From assembly GCF_044704955.1 (NCBI RefSeq), contig NC_091980.1, positions 13,206,001 to 13,270,000 of the forward strand: a stretch of 64,000 bases of DNA, read 5' to 3'. The stretch is from Pristiophorus japonicus (lineage: Eukaryota). Both the position numbers and the translations under genes were made by a program. Below the pieces are notes generated by a model. That model saw only the letters and a program-made list of their open reading frames with translations, was not told the DNA's origin and searched no databases. How positions within the stretch are numbered: the first letter of the stretch is position 1; every line of letters begins with the position of its first letter. This document shows positions 61,906 through 64,000 of this stretch, piece by piece.

Positions 61906-64000
61906 ATGAGATTTAAAATATATTTGTTGCTGAAATGCCAACTATTGTTCTGTATGTTCTCCACCTGGAATGCAGTTTCTGGGCAGATTCGTTATTCGAT
62001 TCCTGAAGAGCTGCAACTGGGCGCCTCTGTTGGGAATCTCGCCGCCGATTTGGGTTTAGATATAAAGCAGCTCTCGGCTCGCAGTTTGCGGATTGTCCCC
62101 GGCTCCAGGAAACAGTACGTGGACATAAATTTAGACAAAGGAATTTTGTTTCTCAAGGATAAAATTGACAGAGAACAGATATGCGGCCCGAGACTCGTTT
62201 GTGTGTTAACCTTGGATGCTGTGCTTGAAAATCCCCTCAATCTCTACCATGTTGAAGTAGAGATTCTCGATGTAAATGACAATGCTCCCAGTTTTCCAAA
62301 GAACGAGTTCCGCCTTGAAATCTCGGAGCTTGCTCCGCCGGGAGCGCGCTTCCCCCTCGAGGCCGCGCATGATCCGGACATTGGAACCAACTCAGTACAA
62401 AACTACCAGCTCCTCCCGAACGATTATTTTATTCTCGATGTAAAAATGCGTAGTGCGAAAGGAAAGTTGCCAGTATTGGTGTTGCATAGATTTTTGGATA
62501 GAGAAACGGAATCCACCCACAGGCTGACACTAATAGCCCAGGACGGCGGGGTCCCTGTAAGATCGGGCATTGCTCAGATAACAATCACAGTAAAGGATGC
62601 CAACGACAACTCGCCCGTTTTTCCCCAGTCTGTTTATAGAGTCAGCGTGTTGGAAACTGCACCCAAAGGAACCCTGATAATCTCATTAAACGCCACTGAC
62701 TTGGACGATGGTCCCAATGGGGAGGTAATGTACTCGCTCAGCAGCCATAGTTCCGCTGAAGTCCGCGAACTGTTTGAAATTGATTCCAAAACTGGCGAAA
62801 TTAGAGTGAAAGGGAATTTGAACTACGAAGAAAGCAGTACATTTGAGATTAACATACAAGCAGTGGACGAGGCCCCTGACGCAGTGCCTGAGCATTGTGA
62901 TGTTTTGGTGGACATTATTGATGTGAATGATAACGCACCTGAGGTGACTTTGACGTCTTTATCAAGTATCGTTTCAGAAGATGCTCCGCTTGGGACGATA
63001 GTGGCTCTGTTCAACACAGCAGACAAAGATTCGGGACAAAACGGACAGGTACAATGTCTTATATCAAACAAACTGCCATTTAAACTAGATTCATCTTCGA
63101 AGAACTATTATAGACTGCTGCTTCAGCACCTGATGGATCGCGAAATTACCTCCAGATATGACGTGACTATAACATGCCGGGATGCAGGAAACCCTCCTCT
63201 CACATCCAGGAAAACCATTCGGGTAGAGGTTTCGGATATAAATGACAACGCACCAAGGTTTACACAGCCTCTATACACAGCAAACGTAATGGAGAACAAC
63301 GTTATTGGGGCATCCATATTCTCCGTGGCAGCCTTTGACCCAGATGTCGGTCAGAACGCTAAATTGAAATATTCTATCCTAGAGACTGAAGTTCAGGACG
63401 CTTCAGTAAACAGTTATGTCGCTATAAACTCAGAGAGTGGTGCCTTATTTGCTCAGAGATCTTTTGATTACGAGCAATTGAAAAACTTTCGGATCCAAGT
63501 TCATGTCCAGGACGCTGGAGTCTCGCCACTAGCCAGTAATGTTTCAGTGGATGTTGTTATCCTTGATCAGAATGACAATGTTCCAGTGATTGTGCGCCCA
63601 TTATCCGAGTATGGATCCACAGCAACAGAGACAATATTGAGGCTTGCAGAACCAGGCTACTTGCTTGTCAAGGTGTCGGCCACTGATGCAGACGCCGGTC
63701 AGAATGCTCGTCTTTCTTATCAGATTTTTCAGGCAACTCATCATAACCTTTTTACTATTTCACCAGACACTGGAGAAATTTGGACTATCCGTCATATTAC
63801 GAATAAAGATGCCTCTAAGCAAAGATTGGTGATTGTGGTAAGAGACAATGGAACACCATCCCTTTCTGCCACTGTCACAATCATCTTATCTGTGGTGGGG
63901 AGTGATAGTAAATTGTTTTCTAACGTACGTGGTTTATCTGAATACCCTGGATTTAATCCTGACATGAACCTTTCCTTGGTCATCGCGTTAGGGGCAATTT
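61906..64000 (+). CDS. Clustered protocadherin variable exon, open to the window end (3'-partial)
   Basis: Manual translation from ATG 61906 (MRFKIYLLLKCQLLF...QIRYSIPEELQLG...DREQICGPRLVC...) shows no stop through EC1-EC6 into the TM (MNLSLVIALGAI). It is missing from the ORF track because it has no stop codon in the window. Confidence 0.93.
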   Translation, partial: MRFKIYLLLKCQLLFCMFSTWNAVSGQIRYSIPEELQLGASVGNLAADLGLDIKQLSARSLRIVPGSRKQYVDINLDKGILFLKDKIDREQICGPRLVCVLTLDAVLENPLNLYHVEVEILDVNDNAPSFPKNEFRLEISELAPPGARFPLEAAHDPDIGTNSVQNYQLLPNDYFILDVKMRSAKGKLPVLVLHRFLDRETESTHRLTLIAQDGGVPVRSGIAQITITVKDANDNSPVFPQSVYRVSVLETAPKGTLIISLNATDLDDGPNGEVMYSLSSHSSAEVRELFEIDSKTGEIRVKGNLNYEESSTFEINIQAVDEAPDAVPEHCDVLVDIIDVNDNAPEVTLTSLSSIVSEDAPLGTIVALFNTADKDSGQNGQVQCLISNKLPFKLDSSSKNYYRLLLQHLMDREITSRYDVTITCRDAGNPPLTSRKTIRVEVSDINDNAPRFTQPLYTANVMENNVIGASIFSVAAFDPDVGQNAKLKYSILETEVQDASVNSYVAINSESGALFAQRSFDYEQLKNFRIQVHVQDAGVSPLASNVSVDVVILDQNDNVPVIVRPLSEYGSTATETILRLAEPGYLLVKVSATDADAGQNARLSYQIFQATHHNLFTISPDTGEIWTIRHITNKDASKQRLVIVVRDNGTPSLSATVTIILSVVGSDSKLFSNVRGLSEYPGFNPDMNLSLVIALGAI

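Noticed and set aside
1-64000. CRISPR array, rRNA genes or Pcdh constant exons; specific Pcdh gene names
   Set aside because: No regularly spaced repeats, rRNA-like sequence or constant-exon peptides were seen. Subcluster orthology cannot be assigned without phylogeny, so gene symbols are left blank.

Overview
Vertebrate genomic DNA, very probably from a cartilaginous fish (inferred from the repeat complement: CR1 LINEs with 8-mer microsatellite tails, L2, Deu-domain SINEs, LF-SINE-like and Penelope-like remnants). It is part of the variable region of a clustered protocadherin locus. All Pcdh units are on the + strand. Each is a large first exon (signal peptide, six cadherin repeats, TM, short cytoplasmic part) ending in a GT splice donor; no constant exons lie in the window. 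I count about 11 Pcdh-derived loci. Two are intact exons (19999-22455, 54059-56530), one is open and runs off the window end (61906->64000, absent from the ORF track), and two are full-length frameshifted pseudo-exons (8183-10623, 42093-44541). There is also one fragmentary pseudo-exon (47320-49035) and five heavily decayed relic exons. The first 47 kb is a tandem array of a roughly 10-12 kb unit: post-donor module, LF-SINE-like element, dead promoter, Ingi/Vingi-like LINE fragment, relic exon, live promoter, exon. One copy lacks its promoter and exon. Most notable observations: (1) an out-of-frame upstream ATG exactly 16 nt before the start codon of all five full exons; (2) a shared promoter module of three CCAAT-type boxes plus a C-rich box, kept at live exons and destroyed at relics; (3) an exon-less ghost unit and orphan copies of the splice donor; (4) an unclassified inverted repeat with ~112-bp arms. 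All alignments were done by eye, so repeat boundaries are approximate.
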